NCBI GenBank assembly: GCA_963834385.1
Contig: CAWIBO010000002.1
Location: forward strand, 256,001-320,000
DNA length: 64,000 nucleotides
Direction: 5' to 3'
DNA from: an uncultured Verrucomicrobiae bacterium
Lineage (GTDB): Bacteria > Verrucomicrobiota > Verrucomicrobiia > Chthoniobacterales > UBA10450
Below the pieces are notes generated by a model. That model did not search any database. It was not told the origin of the DNA and worked only from the letters and a program-made list of their open reading frames with translations. A program made the position numbers and the translations under genes. Of this stretch, positions 44,004 through 53,701 are shown piece by piece. How positions within the stretch are numbered: position 1 is the first letter of the stretch; each line of letters begins with the position of its first letter.

Positions 44004-45718
44004 CCGGCAGCCTGGCCGTCCTTGCGGCTTTCGCTTGCGCCGAAATAGACACGGCGCCCGTCGCGTTGCTCGACCTTGATCGCCTGGTAACCGCCGAAGC
44101 CGCCGAAGCCGATGCGCACATCGTGCCCGCGGCGGCGCAGTTCGCGCACCGTTTCCCACGGCACGCTGGTTTCCACCTCAAGATAACCGCCCGTGAGCAT
44201 CTGCTCGTCCGTCGGTTCGTTATCGCCCTCGTGCTGCCAACGGGCCGCGTCGCCCGCCTCCTGCAGATTCATCCCGTAATCGATCATGTTCACCAGAACC
44301 TGGACGTGCCCCTGCGGCTGCATCCCGCCGCCCATGACACCAAAAGCCAGCCAGGGCTGCTTTTCCTTCATGACGAACGCGGGAATGATGGTGTGAAACG
44401 GCCGTTTCCCGGGCGCGTAGACGTTGGCGTGCCCCGGTTGCATGGAAAACATTTCGCCCCGGTCCTGGAACATGAAGCCGAGCCCGGGAACCACGATGCC
44501 GCTGCCCATCCCGCGATAATTGCTCTGGATCAGGCTGACGACGTTGCCCTCATCGTCCGCCGTGCAGAGGTAAATCGTGTCGGCCCCGCCCGGCATGCGG
44601 CCGGCGGCGACAGTCTTCGCCGCTTTCTTCGGGTCGATCAGTTTGCGCCGTTCATCCGCGTATTCGTCGGAGAGCAGGCGCGCCAGCGGAATTTTCGAGA
44701 AATCAGGATCGGCATAAAACTTCGCCCGATCGGCCCAGGCCAGCTTTTTCGCTTCGACCATGGTGTGGATGGAGTCGGCGGAATTGAAGCCCATCGCGCG
44801 CAGATCGAATTTTTTCAGGACGTTGAGCATCTGAAGCGCGGCGATGCCCTGGCCATTGGGCGGGAGCTCAAACACCTCGTAACCGCGGTAGGTCACGGAA
44901 GCCGGTTCCACCCAGGTGGCGGTGTGCTTTTCCAGGTCGGCCTTGCGCAGCCAGCCACCGTTCGCCTGCATGAAGGCGTCGATTTTGTCCGCGATCGCCC
45001 CGCGGTAAAACGCCTCCCCCTTGCTTTGCGCAATCAGGCGCAGGGTTTCCGCCAGGGCCGGGTTCTGGAAAAAATCGCCGGTCGCCGGCGCCTGCCCTTT
45101 GCCATCAAGGGTGAAGGTTTCCAGGAAAGCGCCCGGGAGACCCGCGTAAAGCGGAACGCTCCGCCCCCAGTAATAGGCCACGAGCTCGGAGACCGGGAAA
45201 CCTTTCTCGGCATAGCGAATGGCCGGCGCCAGGTTTTCCTCGAAGGGAAGTTTCCCGAATTTTTTGTGCAGCTCGGTCCAGCCGCTGACGCAGCCCGGGA
45301 CGCTGATCGGGAGCATGCCGGTGGAGGGAATGGTGGTGCGCTTGAGCGCGGCCAGTTCCGACTGCATCTGCTCGAAGCTGAGCCCGAGCGGGGAACGTCC
45401 GCTGGCGTTGAGACCGTAAAGTTTTTTCTCTTTCGCGCTGTAGACCAGGGCAAAGAGGTCGCCGCCGATGCCGTTGCCGGTGGGTTCCATCAGGCCGAGC
45501 GCGGCATTGGCCGCGATGGCGGCGTCGATGGCGTTCCCGCCGCGCCGGAGGATCTCGATCCCCACCTGCGTGGCCAGCGGGACGCTGGTGCAAACCATGC
45601 CCTGTTCCGCCACCACTTCCGAACGGGTGGCAAACGATCTTCCGGTGATTCGATCCACTTGGGGGAAAACTGTGGACGAAAATGCCAGAAAGAGCGCGGC
45701 TAAAATGAGACGGGTCAT
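43997..45718 (-). CDS. ggt: Gamma-glutamyltransferase
   Basis: GGNAIDAAIA, GIGGD, PPNGQG, DT-IYL nucleophile Thr, PGKRPFHTI, MQPQGH. Confidence 0.96.
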   Translation of the reverse strand: MTRLILAALFLAFSSTVFPQVDRITGRSFATRSEVVAEQGMVCTSVPLATQVGIEILRRGGNAIDAAIAANAALGLMEPTGNGIGGDLFALVYSAKEKKLYGLNASGRSPLGLSFEQMQSELAALKRTTIPSTGMLPISVPGCVSGWTELHKKFGKLPFEENLAPAIRYAEKGFPVSELVAYYWGRSVPLYAGLPGAFLETFTLDGKGQAPATGDFFQNPALAETLRLIAQSKGEAFYRGAIADKIDAFMQANGGWLRKADLEKHTATWVEPASVTYRGYEVFELPPNGQGIAALQMLNVLKKFDLRAMGFNSADSIHTMVEAKKLAWADRAKFYADPDFSKIPLARLLSDEYADERRKLIDPKKAAKTVAAGRMPGGADTIYLCTADDEGNVVSLIQSNYRGMGSGIVVPGLGFMFQDRGEMFSMQPGHANVYAPGKRPFHTIIPAFVMKEKQPWLAFGVMGGGMQPQGHVQVLVNMIDYGMNLQEAGDAARWQHEGDNEPTDEQMLTGGYLEVETSVPWETVRELRRRGHDVRIGFGGFGGYQAIKVEQRDGRRVYFGASESRKDGQAAGY

Positions 45719-45776
45719 GCCCGGGAAACTAGCATGCCCGGACGATCCGGGCGATGCGTGCGATCTCCCGGCGGCG

Positions 45777-47069
45777 TTACTCGTAACGGAGAGCCTTTAC
45801 CGGATCGAGCCGCGCGGCGAAATAGGCCGGAATCAGCGCCGCGATCGAGCAGATGAAAAACGCCAGGATGCAGATGACGGCGACATCGCGCGGAATCACC
45901 TCGGCCGGGATCTGCGAGAATTGATAGACCTGCCGGGGGAAGACCTCGATCCCGAAGGTGCCGGCCAGCCATTGGCTGAACTCGTTCCGATAACGGATCA
46001 GGGTCATGCCCAGGCCGAGCCCGGTCAGGGTCCCAAACACGCCGACGACGATGCCTTGCCCGAGAAAGACCCAGACGATCTGCCAGATGCTGGCGCCGAG
46101 CGCTTTCATGATCCCGATCTCGCGCCGTTTTTGCACGGTCACGGTGATGAGCGTGCTCATGATGCCGAACGCCGCCACCACCACGATGAAGAAGAGGAGA
46201 AAGAACATGACCGTTCGTTCCAGGCGGACCGCCTCGAAGAACTGGCTGTTCATGTCGATCCACGTCTGGGCGTAGGCCGGCGGCTCGAGAAACTCTTGGA
46301 AGCGCCGTTTGACCTGCTCCGCGCCGTAGGGATCGCGGGTGCGGACGGTCAGGCCGTGCAAACCGTCGCCCAGCCCGTAAAGCTCCTGCCCAATGTGGAT
46401 GGGAACGAGGAGAAACTCGGAGTCGTGCACGTAATGCCCGGTCTCGAAAATGCCGGTGACGGTCAGGTCCTTCGGCAGAACCACCTCGCGCAAACCCTCG
46501 ATGGCGGCCTTTTCCTCGTCGCCCGTGGCGGTTTCCAATTTTTTAATCTGGTCGAGGACCTGTCCAAGGTTCCCGGGCGAGTAGACGGTGATGCGGTCGC
46601 CCAGCGCGACCTGGAGTTTCCGGGCCAGTTCGATGCCGACCACGGTGGAATCGCCCTCGAGATCGAGCCGGCCCTGCTTGATGAATTTCGGCAGTGGCAC
46701 GACCTGTTCCTCCTGGACCGGGTCGATCGCGCGAATGACCGGCGCGATCCGGCGGTTCTGGAACTCAGCGATGACCGGGCCCTGGATGTAGGGCGCGATC
46801 GCCTCCACCTCCGGCGTCGCCTTTACCTTGTCGGCGACCTCGCGCCAGTTTTTCATCACCTCCTCGGAGGTGACGAGGATGTGGGCGTCGAAATCGATCA
46901 CCTTCTGGCGAAGTTCGCGGTCGAAACCGGTCATGACCGCGATGACGAGGATGAGCACGGTGACGCCGAGGGTGACGCCAAGGATTGAGATGAGGGTGAT
47001 GATGGAGAGAAAGGTGCGCTTCGGCTTGAGATAGCGCAGGGCGAGGAAAAGACTGAAGGGGAGTTTCAA
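45777..47069 (-). CDS. LolC/LolE-family ABC transporter permease
   Basis: ALRYL..KR, AVMTGF, KRREIGIMKALGA, LDPVKALRYE. Confidence 0.92.
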   Translation of the reverse strand: MKLPFSLFLALRYLKPKRTFLSIITLISILGVTLGVTVLILVIAVMTGFDRELRQKVIDFDAHILVTSEEVMKNWREVADKVKATPEVEAIAPYIQGPVIAEFQNRRIAPVIRAIDPVQEEQVVPLPKFIKQGRLDLEGDSTVVGIELARKLQVALGDRITVYSPGNLGQVLDQIKKLETATGDEEKAAIEGLREVVLPKDLTVTGIFETGHYVHDSEFLLVPIHIGQELYGLGDGLHGLTVRTRDPYGAEQVKRRFQEFLEPPAYAQTWIDMNSQFFEAVRLERTVMFFLLFFIVVVAAFGIMSTLITVTVQKRREIGIMKALGASIWQIVWVFLGQGIVVGVFGTLTGLGLGMTLIRYRNEFSQWLAGTFGIEVFPRQVYQFSQIPAEVIPRDVAVICILAFFICSIAALIPAYFAARLDPVKALRYE

Positions 47070-47267
47070 GGCAGGGATAGTGTCGGGAAGGCCGGGCGCT
47101 TGTCCATGGGAGCGTCAGTAGAAAGTGCGTGCGCGTGACGCCGCGGCTGATATCTGAGTCGGCCGGCTCCGTTACCGACACCACCCGCGCTGCGAGGGTT
47201 GGGAAGCGTGACCCGGTGTCCCCCCCGTTCACCAAAGCCTTCCCGGCTTGCTTTATGCTTCAAGTTC

Positions 47268-47278
47268 AAGTTAAACTT
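47268..47278. promoter_or_regulatory. Palindromic candidate TA operator overlapping the -10 element
   Basis: AAGTT-A-AACTT contains TAAACT, which lies 8 nt upstream of the antitoxin ATG. Confidence 0.45.
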
Positions 47279-47285
47279 CAGTTCG

Positions 47286-47534
47286 ATGAAAACGGTCACC
47301 ATGCTCCATTTTCGGAAGAACGCCTCCGCGGTCCTTCGCCGGGTCGCCCGGGGCGAACGCCTTCTGCTCTCCCATCGCGGCAAGCCCGCCGCCCGGCTCG
47401 AACCGATTGGTCCTCCGGCGGGCGACGCGCCGCGCGATGATCCATTTTCCAGCATCGGAGAGCGCGCGGTGGCCAGTCCCAAGGGCCGGACAAAGCACTC
47501 GCAGATTGACCAGATTCTTTATGGCGGCCGCTGA
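47286..47534 (+). CDS. Phd/YefM-family antitoxin
   Basis: MKTVTMLHFRKNASAVLRRVARGERLLLSHRGKPAARLEP. Confidence 0.9.
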   Translation: MKTVTMLHFRKNASAVLRRVARGERLLLSHRGKPAARLEPIGPPAGDAPRDDPFSSIGERAVASPKGRTKHSQIDQILYGGR

Positions 47535-47940
47535 GGTCTTCATGGACAGCGCGGGTTTTCTCGCGCTCTGGGATGCCGGTGACGAACACCACAAGGCGGC
47601 GGTCGGTTTACAGAAGGAACTCATCCGGAAAAAGCGTCGTTTCTTGACAACGGAATATGTGGCGGACGAGACCGCGACCCTACTGCTCCGGCGGCACAGC
47701 CACGAGGCGGCGACTGATTTCCTCGGGATGATCGAACAAAGCGAAGCGCTGCGTCTCGAATGGATCGACCCGGCGCGTTTCCACATCGCAGCCGACTGGT
47801 TCCGGAAACATTCGGACAAGCAATGGTCGTTTACGGATTGTGTCAGCTTCACTGTCATGCGCGAACTGCGAGTGCGCGATGCCTTCACCACCGATCACCA
47901 TTTTCGGCAGGCCGGATTCATCCCGCTCCTGCAAGCGTAG
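47521..47940 (+). CDS. vapC: PIN-domain toxin
   Basis: VFMDSAG, TTEYVADE, SFTDCVSF, FTTDHHF; overlaps the antitoxin stop. Confidence 0.92.
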   Translation: MAAAEVFMDSAGFLALWDAGDEHHKAAVGLQKELIRKKRRFLTTEYVADETATLLLRRHSHEAATDFLGMIEQSEALRLEWIDPARFHIAADWFRKHSDKQWSFTDCVSFTVMRELRVRDAFTTDHHFRQAGFIPLLQA

Positions 47941-48058
47941 ATCGTGGGCCGCGGCGGCGTCCGGAGCTCACGCCATTATTTGTTCAGTTCCGGAAGGCTT
48001 TGGCTGCTCCGCGGAAGAATCGGTTTTTGGGCGATTCAGTGGTCGCCTGCCACGAAGA

Positions 48059-48415
48059 CTAGAGCGCGTGGGTTTCGAGTTCTTCCAGCGTGACGAACTC
48101 GAGCGCGGAGGAGTGAGTGGCCTCGAGGTCGACCTTGCCGGGGGTGCCCCGTTTCAGGGCGGCCTTCCAGCGGGTGACGCAGACGCACCATTTGTCGCCT
48201 GGTTTCAGGCCCGGAAAGGAAAATTCGGGCCGCGGCGTGATGAGATCGTTCCCGTCGAGCATGGAGAAATCGAGAAAATCCTGGTCCACCTGCACGCAGA
48301 CGGTGTGCAGGCCAAGGTCTTCCGGGCCCGTCCGGCAAAAGCCGTCGCGATAAAAGCCGGTGACGGGGTTGCGGCAGCAGCATTTTAACTCGGTGCCGAG
48401 GACGTTGGTGGGCAT
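48059..48415 (-). CDS. DUF2237 family protein
   Basis: NVLG, TGFYRDGFC, GNDL, FPGLKPGDKWCVC, LEATH. Confidence 0.9.
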   Translation of the reverse strand: MPTNVLGTELKCCCRNPVTGFYRDGFCRTGPEDLGLHTVCVQVDQDFLDFSMLDGNDLITPRPEFSFPGLKPGDKWCVCVTRWKAALKRGTPGKVDLEATHSSALEFVTLEELETHAL

Positions 48416-48432
48416 GGGAGGAAGGTAGATGA

Positions 48433-48472
48433 ACGAATGACGAATGACGAATGACGAATGACGAATGACGAA
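48433..48472. repeat. Perfect heptamer tandem repeat (ACGAATG)x5.7
   Basis: Read directly from the sequence; lies in a divergent intergenic region. Confidence 0.95.
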
Positions 48473-48525
48473 GGGCGGACGAATGCGGTGGCGGGGAGGG
48501 AAGGGTGGGGCGAGCTTGCCGCCAG

Positions 48526-49287
48526 ATGAAAACAGTTTTGCTGACGGGTTTGTTGATGATCGCGACGGGGTTTGCCTGGGCCGGGCCGCTCGAAAACGGT
48601 TATGAGGCGCATGGCGGACTGGCCAAGTGGAAAAGCTTCGGCGCGGTTGAGTATGACTTTGCCTGGAACAACGAAAAACGGCAGCGCGCGGACCATCAGC
48701 TTTTCGACCTGGCGACGCGGGCCGGCCTGATCACGAGCGACGAGTATGCGGTGGGCGGCACTTTTGCCGGTGTCTGGGTGAAACCCGATGCGAAAGCGGT
48801 CGGCATGCCGCCGCGGTTCTATCTCTGGACGCCGTTTTATTTCTTCGGGATGCCGTTTGTCTTTGCCGATCCCGGAGTGAAAGCGGAATCGCTCGGCCAG
48901 CGGGTGCTCGGCGGGAAATCGTATGATGTGGTTCGGATCACCTTCACGAAGGAGGCGGGCGATTCGCCGGAGGACTACTACCTGGCGCATTTTGACGCCA
49001 CGACGCACCAGCTGCATCTCGCGGCCTACATCGTGACTTATCCGGAGCTGAGCGGGGGAAAACCGGCTCCGGAACAGGAGCCGCACGCGATCCTTTTCGA
49101 GGAATGGCAGGAGGCGGACGGACTGCGGGTGCCGCGACGGGCCACGCTTTACAACTGGAAGGACGACAACCTCTCGGGCGAGCCGCGCGGCACGCTCGAG
49201 TTCACGAACGTGAAATTATCGACCGCCGCTCCCGACCCGCAGAAGTTTGCGCGGCCGGAGGGGGCGGTGGAAGCGCCGCTGAAGTAG
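48526..49287 (+). CDS. Exported hypothetical protein
   Basis: Signal peptide, EAHGGLAKW, YFFGMPFVFADPG, GDSPEDYY. Confidence 0.8.
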   Translation: MKTVLLTGLLMIATGFAWAGPLENGYEAHGGLAKWKSFGAVEYDFAWNNEKRQRADHQLFDLATRAGLITSDEYAVGGTFAGVWVKPDAKAVGMPPRFYLWTPFYFFGMPFVFADPGVKAESLGQRVLGGKSYDVVRITFTKEAGDSPEDYYLAHFDATTHQLHLAAYIVTYPELSGGKPAPEQEPHAILFEEWQEADGLRVPRRATLYNWKDDNLSGEPRGTLEFTNVKLSTAAPDPQKFARPEGAVEAPLK

Positions 49288-49289
49288 GA

Positions 49290-51359
49290 TTATTTCTTCG
49301 CGCCGGCGGCCTTGAGCTCGCGCACGAGTTCCGTGGCGTTGTAAACTTTTTCAAGCGCTTCCTGCACGCCGTCGGCCGCGACCACGATGGTGCGGTTGAC
49401 CCTCGGGTCGAACCCGTAGGAGCCGCCGATGGAATGGATGTTGCCGTCAAAGGCCGCGCCGATGACCGAGCCATCCTTCGCGATCACGGGCGAGCCGGAG
49501 TTGCCGCCAATGATGTCATTGTTGGTCGTAAAGTTCAGGACCGCGTTTTTGTCGAGCTTCGACTCGGCCGACGCGAAGAGCGGGGCCAGGTCATAGGGCG
49601 AGGCGCCGGTGGCGCGCTGGTAAAGCCCCTCGTAAACCGTGGTGAACGGCACTTCGCGTCCGCGCTCGGTCCAGCCCTGGACGGAGCCGTAGGAGATGCG
49701 GAGCGAGAAGGTGGCATCGGGATAAAGCGTGTCGCCAAAGGCGGCGAACCGCGCCTGGGCCAGGCGTGATTGCGCCGCGGTGATGGGCGCGTCCACCTCG
49801 GCCCGATAACGGTCGAGCAACGCCCGGGCGGTCTCGTCCGTGGCGAGGACAAACTTGATCAGTGGATCGTCCGACTTTCGGATCGCTTCGAGCCCGCCTT
49901 TCCAGAGTTCCTGCCGCACTTTCGGGTCGGCCAGTTTGGTCCCGGCCACGAGACGTTTGGCCAGTTGCTCGGGTGATTCCTTCCCCAGCATTTCCTTGAC
50001 GCGCGGATCGTCCGCGGTGAGCACCTCGCGCACCTTGGAAAGCCAGAAGGCGAGCGACAGTTCCTCCAGCCAGGGATGAACCGGGGCGGCGTCGGTGATT
50101 TTTTTCTCCAGGAGCGGCAGACGCGACTCGGTGAAATCGGGCAGGCGCTCCGAGTCCGGCTTTTCCCGTTCCTTGGCCGAGCGGACGAGGTCGCGGGCGT
50201 GGCGGAAAAGATCGGAGTACCAGCCGGCGCGCTGCTCGAGGAGGAGATGTTCGGGATAAAACTGGCGGTAAGCAGCCACGGCCTGCTCGATTTCCTTCCA
50301 GGGATCACCGGCCGTTTTCTGTGCCTTGCCGCGCAGATCAGTCTCAGCCTGGGTCAGGCGATCACGGAATTCGCGTTCGCGCAGCGCCTGCCATTGGCCG
50401 GTGTAAACCTTGTAGGTGTTCTCGACGCTCAGGATCCGGTCGGAACCGGTGCGCGTTTTCTCGGCGTCATTCATGGCGGCGACGAGGCGTCCCCGATATT
50501 CGGAGAGGAGGGGCACGAGGATGGGAAAGATGACATCGCGCCGCAGATCGAGCTGGGACGAAGTGAAAAGACGCTGGGTCGAACCGGGATTGCCCACGAC
50601 GAAGGTCGGCTCGTCCTTGACCGGCGGGCGCGGGTTCCAGGGAAGGAACTGCGGGGTCGAGGCCGGCTTGCCATCCTCGTAGACCCGCAGGAAAGCGGCG
50701 TCGAGCGCGTAACGCGGAAAGTTGAAGTTGTCGGGGTCGCCGCCGAAGAAAGCGGCCTGCAACTCGGGGGCCCAGACGAGGCGGACATCGGAATATTTGC
50801 GGAGGCGATAGAGTTTATACTGGCCGCCGCCGTAGAGGTTCACGACTTCACAGCGCTCCTTGGCCTTATCCTGGCAGCTCTCGCTTTCGATGGCGGCGAT
50901 GGCGGCATCCCGCGCCTTCGCCAGCTCGGCGCCGGTCTTTTCACCGATCGCTTTCTGCACGCGGGCGGTGACATCGGTGATCGCGGTGACCACCTCGGCC
51001 TGCTGCCCTGCGCAAAGACTTTCCTCCGAACGGTCTGTCGCCGCGAACCCGGTCCGGGCCAGGTCTTTCTCCGCGGTCGAGAGATCCTGGGCGCACTGCA
51101 TGATGCAATGGTAGTTGGTCAGGACCAGCCCCTCGGGCGAGACAAAGGAAGCCGAGCAACCCTCGGTCAGCCGCACGGCCGAAGCCTGGACTTTGTCCAG
51201 CCAGGCCTGGTCCGGCGCCCAGTTGAATTTTTCACGGACCTGCTTGGCCGGGAAGTTGTCGAAGGTCCACATACCCTCCTCGGCCAGGGCAATGACGGCG
51301 AAAGAGCCGAGCGAAAGGGCGAGACAGGCGGTGAAAGCGAGACGTCGTGTCGTGTTCAT
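49290..51359 (-). CDS. S46 family dipeptidyl peptidase
   Basis: EEGMW, CSASFVSPEGLVLTNYHC, FGGDPDNF, DIIGGNSGSP, FDGN. Confidence 0.95.
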   Translation of the reverse strand: MNTTRRLAFTACLALSLGSFAVIALAEEGMWTFDNFPAKQVREKFNWAPDQAWLDKVQASAVRLTEGCSASFVSPEGLVLTNYHCIMQCAQDLSTAEKDLARTGFAATDRSEESLCAGQQAEVVTAITDVTARVQKAIGEKTGAELAKARDAAIAAIESESCQDKAKERCEVVNLYGGGQYKLYRLRKYSDVRLVWAPELQAAFFGGDPDNFNFPRYALDAAFLRVYEDGKPASTPQFLPWNPRPPVKDEPTFVVGNPGSTQRLFTSSQLDLRRDVIFPILVPLLSEYRGRLVAAMNDAEKTRTGSDRILSVENTYKVYTGQWQALREREFRDRLTQAETDLRGKAQKTAGDPWKEIEQAVAAYRQFYPEHLLLEQRAGWYSDLFRHARDLVRSAKEREKPDSERLPDFTESRLPLLEKKITDAAPVHPWLEELSLAFWLSKVREVLTADDPRVKEMLGKESPEQLAKRLVAGTKLADPKVRQELWKGGLEAIRKSDDPLIKFVLATDETARALLDRYRAEVDAPITAAQSRLAQARFAAFGDTLYPDATFSLRISYGSVQGWTERGREVPFTTVYEGLYQRATGASPYDLAPLFASAESKLDKNAVLNFTTNNDIIGGNSGSPVIAKDGSVIGAAFDGNIHSIGGSYGFDPRVNRTIVVAADGVQEALEKVYNATELVRELKAAGAKK

Positions 51360-51423
51360 GGTGAGTTTCTTAAGCCAGACCATCAGGCGGGAGGAGCCGG
51401 TGCGAAAGTGGTTTGTCGGCCGG

Positions 51424-51860
51424 ATTTGGAAACCAGGAAGAAGATTGAATTTGGAAACCAGGAAACCAGGAAGGGGGATTGAATTAGGAAAGCAGGAACG
51501 CAGGAAGGTTGAATTTGGAAACCAGGAAACCAGAGAAGGAAGGGAATTGAATTAGGAAGGCAGGAACGCAGGAAGGTTGAATTTGGAAACCAGGAAACCA
51601 GGAAAGGGGAATTGAATTAGGAAAGCAGGAACGCAGGAAAAAGAGGTGGGATTTTTGGGTTACTACCATTCCCGATGATTTATCCCTGTTTCTTCCTGGC
51701 TTCCTGGTTTCCAAATACCCTCCGCTTTCCTGCTTTCCTCTTTTCCTAATTCATTCCTGGTTTTCCTGGTTTCCAAATTGGTTTCCCTTCCCCTGATTTC
51801 CAGATTCTCTCCGTTTTCCTGCTTTCCTAATTCATTCCTGGTTTTCTTGTTTCCTAATTT
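51424..51860. repeat. Large inverted array of alternating ~30-38-bp A/B units around a ~53-bp core
   Basis: Seven units on the left arm and six reverse-complemented units on the right arm; see findings. Confidence 0.92.
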
Positions 51861-51909
51861 GTCTTCCCTGCATTGAGATCGGGGCGTGCTGCGTCCACCT
51901 TGCCCTCGG

Positions 51910-53701
51910 ATGAGTGACATTGTTGGGATTGATCTTGGCACGACGAACTCGCTGATCGGGGTGATGGACGCGGGGTTCCCGATTTTGCTGGCGGACGCCA
52001 ATGGGCGGCGTTTGACGCCGTCGGTGGTTTCCTTCCCGGCCGAGGGTGAACCGGTGGTGGGCGAGGCGGCCGCGCGGCTGCGGGCGGTGGAGCCGGGCCG
52101 GACAGTCTCCTCGGTGAAACGACTGATGGGGCGGCCGGTTGCGGACGCGGAAAAGGAGGGGAGTCCGCATCGGGTCATGCGGGGACAGGACGGCCGGGCT
52201 GCGCTGGAGATTGACGGGGTGGTGCGCACGCCGGTGGAGATATCGGCGCTGATTCTCGCCAAGCTGAAACAGGATGCCGAGCGCGCCATGGGGAGAAGCC
52301 TCACCCGCGCGGTCATCACCGTGCCGGCCTACTTCAACGACGCCCAGCGCAATGCCACCCGGGAGGCGGGAGAGGCGGCGGGGTTCACAGTTGAGCGCAT
52401 TGTGAACGAGCCCACCGCGGCGGCGCTGGCCTACGGCCTGAACCTGCAGGAGCGAAGCCGGATCGCGGTTTACGACCTGGGCGGCGGGACCTTTGACGTC
52501 TCGATTCTCGAGCTTTCCGCCGGGGTGTTCGAGGTGCTCGCAACCAACGGCAACACCCGGCTTGGCGGCGATGACATTGATGCGGCCCTGCTGGAGCATG
52601 TCATCCGGGAAGGCGACTTGCAGGAAACGGACCCGGGGCTGCGGGCGCGGCTGCGGGAACAGGTGATCGCGGCGAAGCATGCGCTCTCCACGGCGAGCAC
52701 CGCGCCGGTGGAGCTGCCTTTCGCGGAGGGGCGCCAGAGCTTTTCCTGCAGCCTCACCCGCGAGAAGCTGGAGGAACTGGCCCGGCCGATCGTGGAGCGG
52801 ACGGCGGAACATTGCCGCCGTGTCCTGGCCGATGCGAAGCTGACCGCGGCCGACCTCGACGAGGTGATCCTCGTCGGCGGAGCCACGCGCATGCCGCTGG
52901 TGCGCGAGACGGTGGCCCGAATTTTCGGGCGCGCGCCAAACCTTTCGCAAAATCCCGATGAAGCGGTGGCGCTGGGAGCGACGATCCAGGCGGGCATACT
53001 TTCCGGCGCGGTGCGGGACGTGGTCCTGCTGGACGTGACGCCGCTCTCGCTCGGTCTCGAGACCTTTGGCGGACTCATGAATGTGATCATCCCGCGGAAT
53101 TCGACCATCCCGGTGAAGGCCGGCGAGATGTTCACGACCGCGGTGGCGAACCAGCGCGCCATGCTGATCAAGGTGCTGCAGGGCGAGCGCGAGATGGCGC
53201 GGGACAACTGGCCGCTCGGGCAGTTTGAGATCGAGTTCGAGCCGGCGCCGAAAGGTGTGGCCCGGGTGGGGGTGCAGTTCGAGATCGACGCCAGCGGCAT
53301 TCTTCATGTCCTCGCGCGCGATACCGGGAGCGGGCGCGAGAAGATCGTGGAGATGAAAAGCGCGGTGGAAGTTTCGGATGAGGCGGTCGAGGCGATGCTG
53401 GCCGACTCGCTTGATCATGCCTTTGACGATGTGGCGGAACGGCGCTGGACGGAAGCCGAGCTGAAAGCGCGCGAGATGCTGGACGCGGTGGATTCGGCCC
53501 TTGCCCTGGCCGCCGGGGCGATCGAGGAGGTCGGAACGGGAGGAGATTGCGCGCTGCGCCGGGCAGGTGCGCGCGGCGCTGGCAGCGCGTGAACTCGAAC
53601 CGTTGCGGGCGGCGAATGCGGCGCTGGACCAGGCGACGGAACGGCTCGCCGCCGTGGTGGTGGAAAAAGCCATGGGCGCGGCCGCGCCGCGGACCGGCTA
53701 G
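51910..53701 (+). CDS. Hsp70-family chaperone (DnaK/HscA-like paralog), apparent +1 frameshift near 53530
   Basis: GIDLGTTNS, TVPAYFND, NEPTAAA, DLGGGTFD, VGGATRMP, NPDEAVALGA. The helical lid continues in ORF 53501-53701. Confidence 0.9.

Larger units (their letters stand above)
47232..48003. repeat. 12-bp inverted repeat pair bracketing the TA operon
   Basis: CCAAAGCCTTCC (47232-47243) and GGAAGGCTTTGG (47992-48003). Confidence 0.55.

Noticed and set aside
47100..47230. Possible IS end or structured RNA upstream of the LolC/E gene
   Set aside because: No matching partner repeat or recognisable RNA motif could be supported by eye.
51115..51714. ORFs crossing the repeat array (51115-51555 +, 51484-51714 -)
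   Set aside because: They are translations of the repeat units (ETRKPG, ELGKQE), and one overlaps the S46 gene antisense.
51424..51860. CRISPR array
   Set aside because: Units abut with only a few variable bases, there are no unique spacers, the orientation inverts midway, and no cas genes are present.
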